Shown: in pieces, positions 35,990-47,772 of the stretch
Layout: each line of letters begins with the position of its first letter
Position numbering within the stretch: the stretch's first letter is position 1
DNA from: Adineta vaga
Lineage: Eukaryota; Animalia; Rotifera
NCBI GenBank assembly: GCA_021613535.1
Contig: CP075492.1
Coordinates: 2,108,001-2,172,000, forward strand
Direction of reading: 5' to 3'
Length of the DNA stretch: 64,000 nt
Notes under the pieces: generated by a model
What the model was told of the DNA's origin: nothing
What the model saw: the letters and a program-made list of their open reading frames with translations, nothing else
Database searches by the model: none
Made by a program: the position numbers and the translations under genes

Positions 35990-37817
35990 AAGATGTTATT
36001 TATCATAATACTCTTGCTAAGCTATCCATTGCTCAATCGTGCAACTATAGTTCATTGTGATTTTGATGTCACCTTTAGTTTAACAAATGGTGAACATTCT
36101 CAAGAGATCGATTATGATTACACACTAATGGCAAAGAGTGGTCATTATCGTTATTTTAATCGACAATTTAGTACACTCAATCGAAGGACACAAATAACAA
36201 CAATCAGTCGTTTATAACCATTGATTGATCGTGCTATATATTTTAGTGTATGGTACTATATGCCTCATGCAAATTTGCCATTCGATATTGAAGTTGGACA
36301 AGATGATGATGGAGAACTCGTACGTGCGATATTTTCTACTGCCAGTAGAAATATATCGACAAATGATTGGAGATTCATCAATGTTACATTATGAAATGAA
36401 GAATTAAAAATATATATTCGATTGTATGTTACAACTCAATCTTTAACATTCGATGATTTTTCAGTGGATTATTTTTATGCATCACATACACCACCACCAA
36501 AAACGCTAAATTCTTGTGATTTCAAATTATCATCATCATCGTGTACAAATGATTTGGTTTCTTTATCTGAATATCTCTATCAATGGTTAATTCTGAACAC
36601 TACGGATGGCGTCAAAGTTCAAACAGGTGCTCCATCTATGGATTATACATTTCGAAATGCCTCAGGTCATTATGCATTATTACCCGGTCCTAAAAATGGT
36701 TATGTTGGTTATCTTCATCTACCAAAAACAACTTCAAATTACATCGAAAGAATCATATTGCTTAAATTTTCAGTATTATGAAACGGAACGAGTGAATCGA
36801 ATGTCGTTCGTGGTTGTCAGATGATCGAACTCTCTCCCAAGATCGAATCCTAACACTCGCACTATTTTACTTGAATTGTAGATATACAACGAATGACTGG
36901 TAAGTATCTGAAATAAGTTTGAATGACGCTATTGTACGACTATGACGTCGTAGTTGATTACAAAAAAAGGAATGTTTTCACATCTTTGAACCGATCTAAT
37001 TCTTTTCTACATTAGGACTTGGGATGTCATCAATCTCCCCACGGGTAATTGTACACCATTGTTTCGTGTATTTAATGGAGATCAATATATAAGTACATTT
37101 GCCATTGATAATATTGCTATTATGTCATGTGATTATCCTTCTTTTCAACCTACATCATACAAGACTCTACTTATGTTTTCATGCGATTTCGATCAGTCCG
37201 ATATGTGTAGTATGACGAACACTGGTCCAATGTTGAAGCCTACTTTTAATTTCATGCTTTCAACCGGTGAGACCATACCAAATAAAGATCTTGGATCAGT
37301 ATAAGATCAAACACATAATTCAACATTGGGTGGTTTTCTCTATTGGAATCGACAATTACCACTTACTTTACAAGATTCTGGTAGAATAATGATATCGAAA
37401 ACTCTTGTAGGTGATTCGGGTCTGTGTCTTCATTATGCATTTTATGTAAAATCAAAGTCGATTAACAAAAATACACCGACGATCATCGTATCCTATTGAC
37501 CCTATTCGAATAATTTATGGACAAAATCCTTAGACGATAGTCAAGGATGGCAGTTGGTCTTGGTTAATTTCTACTATAGTCTTGATGAGAAAATATTCTA
37601 TCTTTATGTCAATCAATCGACATCAATTCCAGTATCGATCGTTTTTGATGATATTAAAATTGATTTGTGTAACCGTTTATCACCTACAACAATATCAACA
37701 TCTAGTAGCAGTAGCGCATCCTCAAGTACAAAAAAATTACCTAGCACTTCAACGAATTTTGTTACAACGGCTCCTAGTCACATGTGGCTGATTTATATCA
37801 TATCATGGATACAGTGA
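35990..37817 (+). pseudogene. MAM-domain secreted protein pseudogene (multiple frameshifts and stops)
   Basis: Signal peptide; repeated CDF, DYT..SGHY, CLNFQY, FAIDNI, IVFDDI motifs spread over different frames. Confidence 0.75.
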
Positions 37818-38741
37818 AATAATAACGTATTTGTTCTTTATCATTTTTTACAAGCGTTTGTATTAACGTATATAATCGTTTGTAACGTGCTAGTTTCATC
37901 TGTTGGGATTGAATATGAGAATGAATGATGTCATAAAAAAAGAGTCAGTCTGAGCATATCAATCGATTGTTCAACCATATCGTACTCACCAGCAGAACAG
38001 TACAAGAATATCATAAAAGAAATAAAAGGTCATACAGTAGGAAACCAGCTTGACCATGACTTTAAGACAATTAATATTCGGCAGAGTTACCGAAGATTAA
38101 GAGTTATGAATTTTGTACAAATTCGTTTTGCATCAATAGTAGGAGGAAAACTCGCTTCCTTTGAATGCATTCATTGTAATGGCTCAATATCCAATATGCG
38201 TTAAATTTCAATATTTAGGATCGTTTTTACACTGCTGCTCTGGCTTGAGCTAGCATTCATCTCATGGTAGTTACTTCACATTGGATTAACACTTTCGATA
38301 GGAAGCCGAAAATCAAGTATCGTACCTATAACAATACTAGTACTACAGTTATACAACTTTAGTGGGCTATTTCTTCAAACAATGTGAACATCTATAAAGA
38401 TATTCTCATCATGGATATGTAAACCATTGAAAAAACGTTTTCTACTAGAACGTCCATATGGCTTGATCCATTCCTTCTCATCTGCCAGTGAAACCTGTTT
38501 TTGAAGACTTGTCGCACCCGCACACACCTTACTCTTTGGAAGCTCCATGGTGGAGGTCAGTTGATGATACAGCTTGTTTATTATATATATAGGATGAAAA
38601 ATCTTTATGACTAGCGCGATCCAATGCTAACAGCATCTGTGATAAACAAGTCTTTCATAGAGATCAATATTCTTGTTTCTTGATTAAGAAATCTTTATGG
38701 ATTGATCAACGTCATGGGACATTTTATATAAATAGGCTTAA

Positions 38742-38810
38742 CCCTTTGAGTCCTGGTGGTACATATATGTACCACCTAGCGAAAGTTTTTAATTTCCAAA
38801 TATGTTTGTG
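38742..38810. mobile_element. Orphan piggyBac-like terminus
   Basis: TTAA-CCCTTTGAGTCC plus the palindrome GGTGGTACATATATGTACCACC; abuts the truncated 5' end of Athena-1. Confidence 0.5.
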
Positions 38811-38857
38811 GTTTTTAAGATCTAGTAGGAATATTATCGAATGATGTACGAGTAAAG

Positions 38858-40671
38858 ATGGCGCTTCCTGAATTACGACAAATTGTCAACGAATTTAAAT
38901 CCCAAAAAATATCAAAACAATTAAAAAGACGTGCTCAACGAGAATATAAAATTATTCAAAGTCTACGTCGATTATTACGTGAACGACCTGATATTATGAT
39001 TTGTCGAACAGAAAAGACCAAAACATTATATATTGGTAATCGAATGACAATGACTCGTAAAGCATACGAATATATGACTAAAACATCAGCTTATGAAGAA
39101 ATTACTGATAATGGTTCACCTTTAACTTTTATATTACAAGGTCTACATACATTACTTGATTCTATTGTGCGCACACATGGTCTAACTGATAAACAACGTA
39201 AAAAATTACTTCCAAATTTAAATCGTGTAGAATTAGCACATTATCATGGTTTACCAAAGACACATAAGATAGGAAACAAAACGCATTATTTTATTTATTT
39301 TTTAATAATTCTACTTTTAAAATTTAATATAGGATGGAATACCATTATGACCTATTATTGCATCTATTCATTCACCGAAAACATTGCTGTCGAAATTTCT
39401 AAATGATCTTCTTGCACCTATCTATCTACAAGTGGCACGTGACACAACATTTATTAATGATATCGATTTAATACGAAAATTAGAAACTCATGTTAACCAA
39501 GGTTTTTTTAATTCAACCACAAAATTTGTTATAGCTGACGTGAAAAATCTTTATACGATGGTACCAAGAGATGGTGCAATACTAGTATTGGCTAAATTTT
39601 TAGAAAAATATGCAAAAAATAGAAAAATCGGTACATTGACAATTGATCATATACTACGTATGGCTCGTTTCATATTGGATACAAATTATTTTGTTTATAA
39701 TGATAAATACTACAAACAAATACGTGGTGGAGCCATGGGTTCCGCTTTCACACAAGTTCTAGCCAATATTTATATGTTTGAATGGGAACAAGACTTAATT
39801 GCATATATACACCAACATAATGGAATCTATGGCAGGTATGTAATGTATTCACCAACGAAATAGATTTATTCTATTATTTTTCTTCCTTAGATATATTGAT
39901 GATATCTTCATCGTTACGAATCAACCAATTGCCGAGGTACAAGTGGAATTACAAAAAGCTCAAATCAAAGATATTAATATTGAGATAACACCAGAAATTA
40001 GTTTGTCAGTCAATTTTCTCGATGTATCAATTACTAATGAAAATGGTCAATTAAGAACATCGATCTATCATAAACCAACTGCCGAACCATACATATTACC
40101 TTATACATCAGATCATCCACGTCATATTCATCGTAATATACCATATACAGCTTTATTACGTGCAGCTCGTCTTTGTTCACATGTCGAAGACTTTAATACA
40201 GAACGTATTCGTATTGACATGTCTCTCTTATTAAATAATTATCCACCAAGATTTATCACTTACCAATTTAAAAACTTTTTTCACAACTACAATGCACTTC
40301 CTGTCTTAGAACAATTAGATACAGATATCTATCAACGATTACATCATGAAGTACTACATAAACCTTCACGACGTGAAAAACAATTGAATACCTCGATAAA
40401 AGATCCAGTTCAATATCCTGCTGTCTTACAAAAAAAACCATGGAATAAATCAATTATGTATGTAAAATATAAATATGATAGTGCTCTAACAACACACTTT
40501 CCAAAACAATTCAATCAATGGTGGAATAAACATTTTAAATATGGCCCCAATGATCTGAATAATGCACGCATTCTTCTGATAGGAAACACCAATCGAACAC
40601 TTGAACAATACTTAATCCATAAAAAACCATCAAAAGAAATACTAACCAAAATACAATCAACAGAAAACTAA
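38858..40671 (+). pseudogene. Athena reverse transcriptase with introns at ~39269-39332 and 39836-39890; TGA at 39348-39350; first donor mutated
   Basis: YHGLPKTHK, ADVKNLYT, GGAMGS, R|YIDD split by an intron, NFLDV, YHKPT, SDHP; no GIY-YIG domain. Confidence 0.9.
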
Positions 40672-41201
40672 TATCATTTGTGCATTTAAATTTCAACAAA
40701 AAACACTTTTCCTCTCTCATTCAATACTAATGTACAATTCCTCCTATTTTCCTTCACTAACAAAAAGACTATTTCTTTTTTTCTTCAAATAAAACCCATT
40801 CATTATTCCTCTGTTACTCACCTATCATTCTCGCTTCCATCTCTTCATAAACACATCTATGTAATCCTTTTTAGATTATACACATTTACATATGCAAACC
40901 TCCAAACCAAGACTAATTATCTATTACATATTGATGACAAGTAATGTATCATTCATATATCATAAACTTCTTTCTTCTATCTTCAGACTCAGCAGACTAG
41001 CCGAACAAGTGACCAAATCGCGATCGTACGATTGCTTTGAATTATTTTGTTATCTGTAAACTCACCATTTACGTAAGAAATCATTATATTCTATACATTT
41101 CATGTAATTACTATTATATATATATGTTAGATGTTTCCTTCTTTAAGTTAACTTCTATAATTTACATGACTAATTATTATATAGTTTCATATAGTTCTTA
41201 A

Positions 41202-41245
41202 CATACCCGTTGAGTTCCTTAAGCAAGAACGAAACATGTCGTATG
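41202..41245 (+). ncRNA. Type I hammerhead ribozyme with a degenerate core (probably inactive)
   Basis: CATAC-CCGTTGA-GTTC(cttaagcaa)GAAC-GAAA-CATG-TC-GTATG; a more decayed copy lies at ~40985-41070. Confidence 0.7.
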
Positions 41246-41645
41246 ACTGCTTTGAACTATATTCTTATTTGTAAACTCACCCTCACCCTCACCCTCACCC
41301 TCAAACTCACCTTAGTTGTTACGACCTTGTTACGAATAAAGATCTTAGTTTCGTAATAGAGTTATGGAAAATGTAGTAACTCTAATGTCCTGATATGTAC
41401 ATTGATATCTTTTGATTATCTTTTGATTATCTTTTGATTTTCTTAAGATATCATTTATGTATCGTGGATTAAGAGTTCTGTTTTGCTACATTCGAAGTTT
41501 CTTTTGTTGCTTAACTAGGTTCTTATAGTCCTCGTGCAACAATAAGAATCCTTATTAGTTAATCATTTGATCATTAATGTCCTGAACTATCGATTTTTGA
41601 TTTATTCAGAGTTTTGATATGTTGTTATTAACTAACAGAAGAAAA

Positions 41646-41716
41646 AGTCAGATAGTTTAATTGGTAAAATAGCCGACCAGTTATCGGAAGATGTGGGTTC
41701 GAGTCCTGCTCTGATT
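41646..41716 (+). tRNA. tRNA-like cloverleaf (Thr-like AGT, non-canonical loop) forming the head of a repeated element; probably not a decoding tRNA
   Basis: Acceptor AGTCAGA/TCTGATT; D-arm GTTT-AATTGGTA-AAAT (A-box); CCGA-CCAGTTA-TCGG; T-arm GTGGG-TTCGAGT-CCTGC (B-box). Confidence 0.7.
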
Positions 41717-41895
41717 TAATGATCTTTTTGAATAAGTTTCTCGTACTTATTCAAGCATATCTCTGTGGATACTTTGAATAAATTCGACTCTTTAGTCTTG
41801 CGGACAAATGAGAAGATTTCTAATGAATGATTCTTTCATCATCTATTTTCAAACTCACCCCTCACCCTCACCCTCACCCTCACCCCTCACCCTCA
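41646..41895 (+). mobile_element. tRNA-headed telomere-joined element, copy A (complete head), followed by (CACCCT)n
   Basis: tRNA head, ~145-nt body with the hairpin TTGAATAAGT-ttctcgt-ACTTATTCAA, then CTATTTTCAAACTCACCC and telomere repeats to 41895. Confidence 0.85.
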
Positions 41896-42082
41896 GCACG
41901 AAGAGAAGACACGTCTCATGTTAATCCATAGTGAAATGCGTGTATAATGTGAGCACTCACGAGTGTCTCATGAATAAACGTAGAAGCAAGAAGAAGCGAG
42001 TATGTTAGATGCTATGAAAGTCGAATGGTTGTAGTGGCCGGCGCCATGGACATCAGCAGCATGGGTGACTTGTTCGTGGCGA

Positions 42083-43400
42083 TCACTTTGCTCTAATGAA
42101 GGCGGCGAACAGTGATGTGCGTGCGATTCTTGTTCGCCAGCGCTGAATGGCCTCGATGAAATCTTTCATGTACGATTGTGAAGGAACGATGAAGACAACG
42201 AAAATCAACATGGGCGGCGCAAAGGAGATGAAGTAGCCAATTACATAGAGACGCGCATTGCGTGGCGATTTCATGCATCCGGATAGGAATGAGATGATCA
42301 GACGAGGCACGGCTAAGATCGCCAACATGGTTGGTGAAATGAGCAGATGCTTGTGTTGTTTGATCTGTTCGCGTAGAATCTCCTTGTATGATTGCTTTTT
42401 ATCGACTTTTGCTCGACGACGAGCGGCAGCGATGATGATGATCAACGCACAAAAGCAATTGGCCGCGAGTGGCACGAAGAAATGCAAGGCATTGACCACT
42501 CGATCGAACACTTCGATGGATGGTGTGTACTGAGCGATGCAGAACGTGCGCGACTCTTCTTCATCGTCGACGAGACCGCGATGCAAAGGATCATGGATGT
42601 GTGTACCGACGGTGAAGAGCATGACGAATAGAATGACCCATTTCACGGTACGTTTACTCTTGACTTTGTCGAATGTCACTCCTTGAACAATCGTCACTGC
42701 TCGTTCGATCGCCACACAAGCACTGAGCCAATCGCTACAGCTGAGCAGAACGCGAACAAGAAAGTCCAGACAGCGACACTGACCACCGAGACTAGTACGG
42801 GTACGAAGAGTGCCGATCTGTGAGGCGATCAGTATGGCGAACTTGACGATTAGGACGTTGATCATGATGAGTGAAATCACTGATGAAGCAAAAATATACA
42901 GACCACAGCTAGTGCTGGACGCGGTCTTCGCGCGGACGGTGATCATCGATAACACACTGCTGAGGAATCCCACGGCGAACATCAACGTAGTCAGGGTGAT
43001 GGTCATTTTGACAATGTACTTTTGATTGTCGAGTTTGACGTGCGGTCGAATTTGATAGCCAAAGATGAGGTCCAAGGAAAGCGAAGATCCGTGAGTGGAA
43101 AGGTGACATCGCGAACCGACGTAACAATCTTGGCAGACACAGAACGACGATATTTGACAGAGTTGATCATCTTGTAGGCATTGCCCGGCATTTTCACACG
43201 GTGAATGTCCACGGCAATCGTACGTCATGTTGTAATTGAACTTGAAGCAATTGGCTTGTCGCGAAGGCTCACAGATGCAGAAATGGTCGAAGTCATGAAA
43301 ACACTGCAACGCGGACTGTTGCAGACAGGGCAGATGATAGAGTTTGATGCGCTTGATGATGTGTTGATTGACAATGGTCGTGTTGAACAACTCGTCGATC
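42083..43400 (-). pseudogene. 5'-truncated EGF plus rhodopsin-type 7TM GPCR gene fragment, GC-rich
   Basis: CENAGQC...CVCQDCYVGSRC EGF; seven hydrophobic segments with WLSACVAIER; the frame runs into a telomere tract with no true start codon. Confidence 0.85.
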
Positions 43401-43436
43401 GGTGGGTGGATGTGGGTGTGTTTAAAGAAATCAAAC

Positions 43437-43489
43437 TACCACAATCTAGATTTCGATTCCTATTTAACAGAATCGTTCATCAGGTGGTA
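43437..43489 (-). ncRNA. Type I hammerhead ribozyme
   Basis: TACCAC-CTGATGA-ac-GATTC..GAATC-GAAA-TCTAGA-TT-GTGGTA; the surrounding ~108-bp module differs by one base from 52142-52250. Confidence 0.85.
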
Positions 43490-43722
43490 AAGAAATTCTG
43501 CAATATCAGTAAACTAAAGAAAATCTTTTGAAATTTCGTAGATTTTTAGAAAGTTTTCAAGAAATGACTGCATAGAATGTTACATGGGCGAAAAAAGTAA
43601 ATTCTATTAAAAGGCAAAGACATATAAACAGGGCGTATGAATTGATATGCAATTGTTTAAACGGTCATTTAATTAAAGAGAGGGCTTAATATTGGTCTTT
43701 GTGATGGCGGCTTTTATTTCTA

Positions 43723-44320
43723 TTATGGGATGGAATTGTGATAGCCGTAGTAGAAAAGAATTTGTTGAATTGTTTGGAAGGGAAGTATGAGATGTTTTGG
43801 TTTTTCTGTTGCTTTCTTCGATGGATATTGTTTATAACCATGTAATTTTGATAGGAATCGGCCGAATTCTAGACAGTTAAAGTCTCCTCTAATATAGTCA
43901 TTCCATGGCAAAATATTTTGGGTAACTTTGTAATTACAACATGTACCAGTAATTGTGTCGAGAAATCGAGTTCTTTTATTGATTTTGTTCTTAAAAATAA
44001 TTTGTATATATAATTCTTTTAGAGGGTATAATGGATTTATTTCTTGGCCGACACAAAGATATTGTATTTCTTCATCATAAAGTTCTTGTCGAATATAATT
44101 CATAATAGTGTGTTTTGAAGTAGTAGTCCATGATATAATAGCTGATGATTCTGAATTATGTTGAATTGGCTCTCGAAGAGAAGATGGTGGTGGCTCTTGT
44201 AGATTAAATTGACATAGGTTAGCAATAGTTGGTCGATCAAGATCAGCATATTTACTGTACCAAGATTGACAATTAGGCTTTTTATCTGTTTGATCGACTG
44301 TAAGTTGAAAAGATGTTTAC
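43723..44320 (-). pseudogene. Degenerate Rep-like (HUH rolling-circle initiator) ORF
   Basis: Frame open upstream of Met44103: IISWT (motif I-like)...YLCVGQE..ELYIQIIF (motif II position, His lost)...WNDYI (motif III Tyr). Rep-like ORFs are known terminon cargo. Confidence 0.45.
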
Positions 44321-44857
44321 ATTGTAAATTCTGATGATTTTTTGATGAATAGGGTCAAGTAGTTAGATCTTAGATGATAAGATGTAGGTTAATTGTGTTT
44401 TCGAAGCTTAATTTTTGATGGAAGTTGTTGTAATATACATATATATCTAGAGAGGGAACGATGGCAAAAGATCAATTCATGTCTACAAGATTTAAGGAAT
44501 GTTATATTGATTAATACATTTCTAGTCTAATGAAAATAGTCTATAGGACGTATGTTTTCGTAAAATAAAGATGGTATGCATGATCTATAGAAGTGGGTAT
44601 TATTATGAGGTAAATTGTTGGTTTTCGGAATATAAAGAATCGTAAGTACCATTATTTACGCCATAAGTACTCTGTAAGTGTTTGGAATCATCCATGCTGT
44701 GTTGTTTGTTTGTTAGATCTTGAGTAATTTTATCGATTCGAACATTAATTGAATCTATATGTGAACGATTGCATTTTTTTCGAGTGTTTACCGTACCACT
44801 ATACTCTATAATAAATTATACATCAAAGTGAAAGGGTGAAGAAAATGACTGAGAAAT

Positions 44858-45265
44858 CTAGTCACCTGTATCTAATGTTAAGTTTCGTCGCGTTTTTTTA
44901 TGAACCAAAGAACGATAGAAATATGAAAGTATAATTGCAAAGAATATTACTAGCAGAATACAGGCAATAATAGTTTGGTGATGTTGAGTTTTTAGAGTGT
45001 GTAGGAATCGGTCAATGCTCGTTGATGATTCTGATATATCCGTTATTGAAGATATTTCTGAATTAGTTGGTGTGCCCATTATCCATGATGTCGTTGTAGA
45101 AATTTGTGTATCTGATTTTGGTTCAACCACTTGAACATTGTAGTGTTCTAAGTTCTGTAGAAAATCGGCGGTTGAAGAAAAGTTAGTCTTTAACATGTTC
45201 GCTCGTGGTCTATATTCAAATTGAAGTTGACCATTCATCATAACAAGATTCTTCAATGAACTCAT
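44858..45265 (-). CDS. Small single-TM protein, probable terminon ORF
   Basis: 135-aa ORF with a Ser/Thr-rich stalk, TM IIACILLVIFFAIILSYFY and a basic tail. Confidence 0.55.
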   Translation of the reverse strand: MSSLKNLVMMNGQLQFEYRPRANMLKTNFSSTADFLQNLEHYNVQVVEPKSDTQISTTTSWIMGTPTNSEISSITDISESSTSIDRFLHTLKTQHHQTIIACILLVIFFAIILSYFYRSLVHKKTRRNLTLDTGD

Positions 45266-45768
45266 ATTTGTAATTGTTTAATATCAATGAAGTGAAAAGG
45301 AAAAGGAAAAATCTAAAATAGAAAGAAATATCCTTAAATCGGAAGAAAAAAAATCTGAACAAAGACTAAGCGATAGAAAAGAAGAGTGTCTACTATATGT
45401 AAAAGTTCTATTTTCAACAAAAAAAACAAAGATATTTGTGATAGGATTGTATTTTACGATTATTTATTATGTCTACATTTCATACTACAATGTTAGTAAG
45501 ATAAATAATAACGTTTTGTTATTCTAAGAATATAATGTATATAGTTTGATGTATGTTGTTATTATAGATTCAATCTATATTATTTCATAAACATCGCTGA
45601 TTCTCGTCTTTTTGTGACGTTTTGTCAGATGGTTCTGGTATTGTAATCTAATTATGAATAAAAAGATTCATTTCTCTTAGAAGGCTAGATTCAATATGTT
45701 TGAACTTATGAATACGTACCTTCACGTCTGTTTCGACTTTTTTCTCTGATTCTTTTGTTTTTACAGGA

Positions 45769-46006
45769 GCTTCGCTGAGACTCTGCTCTTCGCAATATTG
45801 GTTCCCCTGGCGTTGTTGTTCTAAAGTCATCGTTGTACTATTCATTTCTTTTGATTCGTAGTTATTAATAGAGATCAGGTTGTCGGAAATGCAGTTATCT
45901 GTTGTTTGGGCCCCTCTGAATCTTACTATCGTTTTCTCTTTTGCAATTTCGATTTTAAAGTATTCTACCGGTTTCGACCTTGTCCAAGGGTCTCATCAGA
46001 TGGATT
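45769..46006. repeat. 238-bp direct duplicate of 32370-32607
   Basis: Apparently identical sequence containing the start of ORF MNSTTMTLEQQ and the HHR core. Confidence 0.9.
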
Positions 46007-47405
46007 GTGTCTGTCTCCTGACTTTTCGCAGTGCTCAACTACTTAAATAGTAACGATCGTTTTTGATACTGATAAGATATTCAAAAATAACGTTCTCATG
46101 TTTAACACAAAATAAGAGAAGAATATTCAAAGGATCAATAGACAAGTACATGGAAAAGCAAAATAGTAACTTCTCATCGAAACCGGTCGGCTACGTATAG
46201 CCATGGAAAGTCTCGTCTTCACCTTTGATATAAGATAATGAAAAATAGTCATCGACTTTATTCTTAGCTTCCTTTTTATTAAATGAAATAAAACTGATCG
46301 ATAACAGAAAAAGTTACTTTTTCGACGAATTATCATTTGTCTGTGGTGTTAAATCGACATAATACTATTTGTTTGTCGATGTCGATGTCGATGTAGTAAC
46401 ACCGAGCCTTTTCGATTCTTCTTTTGCTTCATCTTCATCTCGTTGTCTACGTTCTGCTGGATTACCAACATCGATCTAATTAATACAGAAATAGTTCAAT
46501 ACTTCATATTTCTCATAAAAATTCTTTTCTACACATCTTACCCATTGTCATGGAAGTTCTTCTTCCATGTACACATTGAGATACCAATTAATGTAATCCT
46601 CCAATATCCGAGGATTATTTAATCTCGGATTTGAAGGTGTTAATCCATAGTATCGCCGATACATTGGTGAATAAAAGAATTGACTATTAGCCGACACCAA
46701 TGGAGTTCCCTACAGGATAGAAGTAGTATGAAACAAGTTCGATTCCAAAATTCATGTTTATTCAAAGTTGTCCTTACCACTGTTCCTTCTCGTTTTTCAC
46801 CATCAGGTCTGCTGCTTGATGGCCTGTGACCTGAAACAAGGCTTGGTTCAGGTGATGTTGATATCTTTTGTGGTACTTCTTCATGGCATTTTAAACCAGA
46901 AGAAGACCGAGTGACGGCTTCATCAGATAGTCTTCTGATTATAGGCCGTCTTCTTGCTGCTCTTGATGGCATAAGACCATCGAGAAGCCGTTTGGCCAAT
47001 GGTTTGTGGTCGACTGACTTCTCGCGGCTAGGCATATCTGACGAGTAAATATTTATACTTAAATCTAAAGTATAAAGCAAAAATATAATATATCTCTATG
47101 CTCTACATCGATACAAGAGTACGTCATGCAACTTTATTTCAGTCTGACAACTAACAAATGATCATGCAAAAACGAACACATACAATAATAAAAAGAAAAG
47201 AAAACACTACTTCAGATCGACTGTTCAACGTCTGTTGCTTCCATTCTGGTCAATAATGATGCCGAAGGTTTCTTTCGAACAAACAGATCATTCAAAGATG
47301 GATTCGTCAATGCTGTTATCATGACACGTACATCTTTGACAGCTGATCCTTTGTAACCATAATATTTCGTCCATAATTTCCGAAATTGTCGATTGAAATC
47401 CTTCG

Positions 47406-47428
47406 ATGAGGGTGTGGGTGTGGGTGTG
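47406..47428 (+). repeat. G-strand telomere tract
   Basis: GATGAGGGTGTGGGTGTGGGTGTGT. Confidence 0.8.
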
Positions 47429-47697
47429 TCACGTCGTTAGATTCCGTAGAATGAACGAATATATTTAAGTAAATATATGAAGAGTTCTTTATTAGGAATG
47501 AACCGAAATAGATGAAGATAGAGAATGAGAAAGAGAGAACCAAAGGTATAGATGTGTAGATACATACATGTATAGATAAACGTAACTATATATATATGTA
47601 TGTATGTATAGGAAAAATCCAAGAACGAAAGGAAAACACATATATCATATATAGAAAAGTCCTTCTGTATGTAAAGGAATATACCATATACATCACA

Positions 47698-47772
47698 GGG
47701 TGGGTAGTGGTGTGGGTGCGGGTGTGGGTCACACTATACTTTTAACCCACAAACACACCACACCCACACTCT
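47698..47772. repeat. Head-to-head telomere-repeat scar; polarity switch point of the 43.4-56.7 kb block
   Basis: GGGTGGGTAGTGGTGTGGGTGCGGGTGTGGGT-CACACTATACTTTTAA-CCCACAAACACACCACACCCACAC. Confidence 0.8.

Larger units (their letters stand above)
38825..41312 (+). mobile_element. Athena (endonuclease-less Penelope-like) retroelement 1; 5'-truncated, with 3' HHR repeats and (CACCCT)n
   Basis: RT followed by a 3' region with two HHR-like repeats that both end TGTAAACTCACC, then telomere repeats 41276-41312. Confidence 0.9.
43401..46090 (-). mobile_element. Terminon-like (giant Athena-associated) fragment: 5' HHR arm, short ORF, TM ORF, Rep-like ORF, 3' HHR and telomere tract
   Basis: Co-oriented minus-strand ORFs between a type III HHR remnant (~45965-46006) and a type I HHR, ending TTTAAACACACCC on the G-tract 43401-43420. 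Confidence 0.65.

Noticed and set aside
41646-41716. Functional tRNA-Thr gene
   Set aside because: The anticodon loop lacks U33 and purine 37, the T-stem is weak, and the sequence is always attached to the same body and telomere junction.
42093-43531. Multiple alternative-frame ORFs over the GPCR fragment
   Set aside because: Expected by-product of higher GC content; only the 7TM frame has family motifs.
46127-47080. Minus-strand ORF pieces with splice-like signals
   Set aside because: No consistent gene model or recognisable domain could be built by eye.
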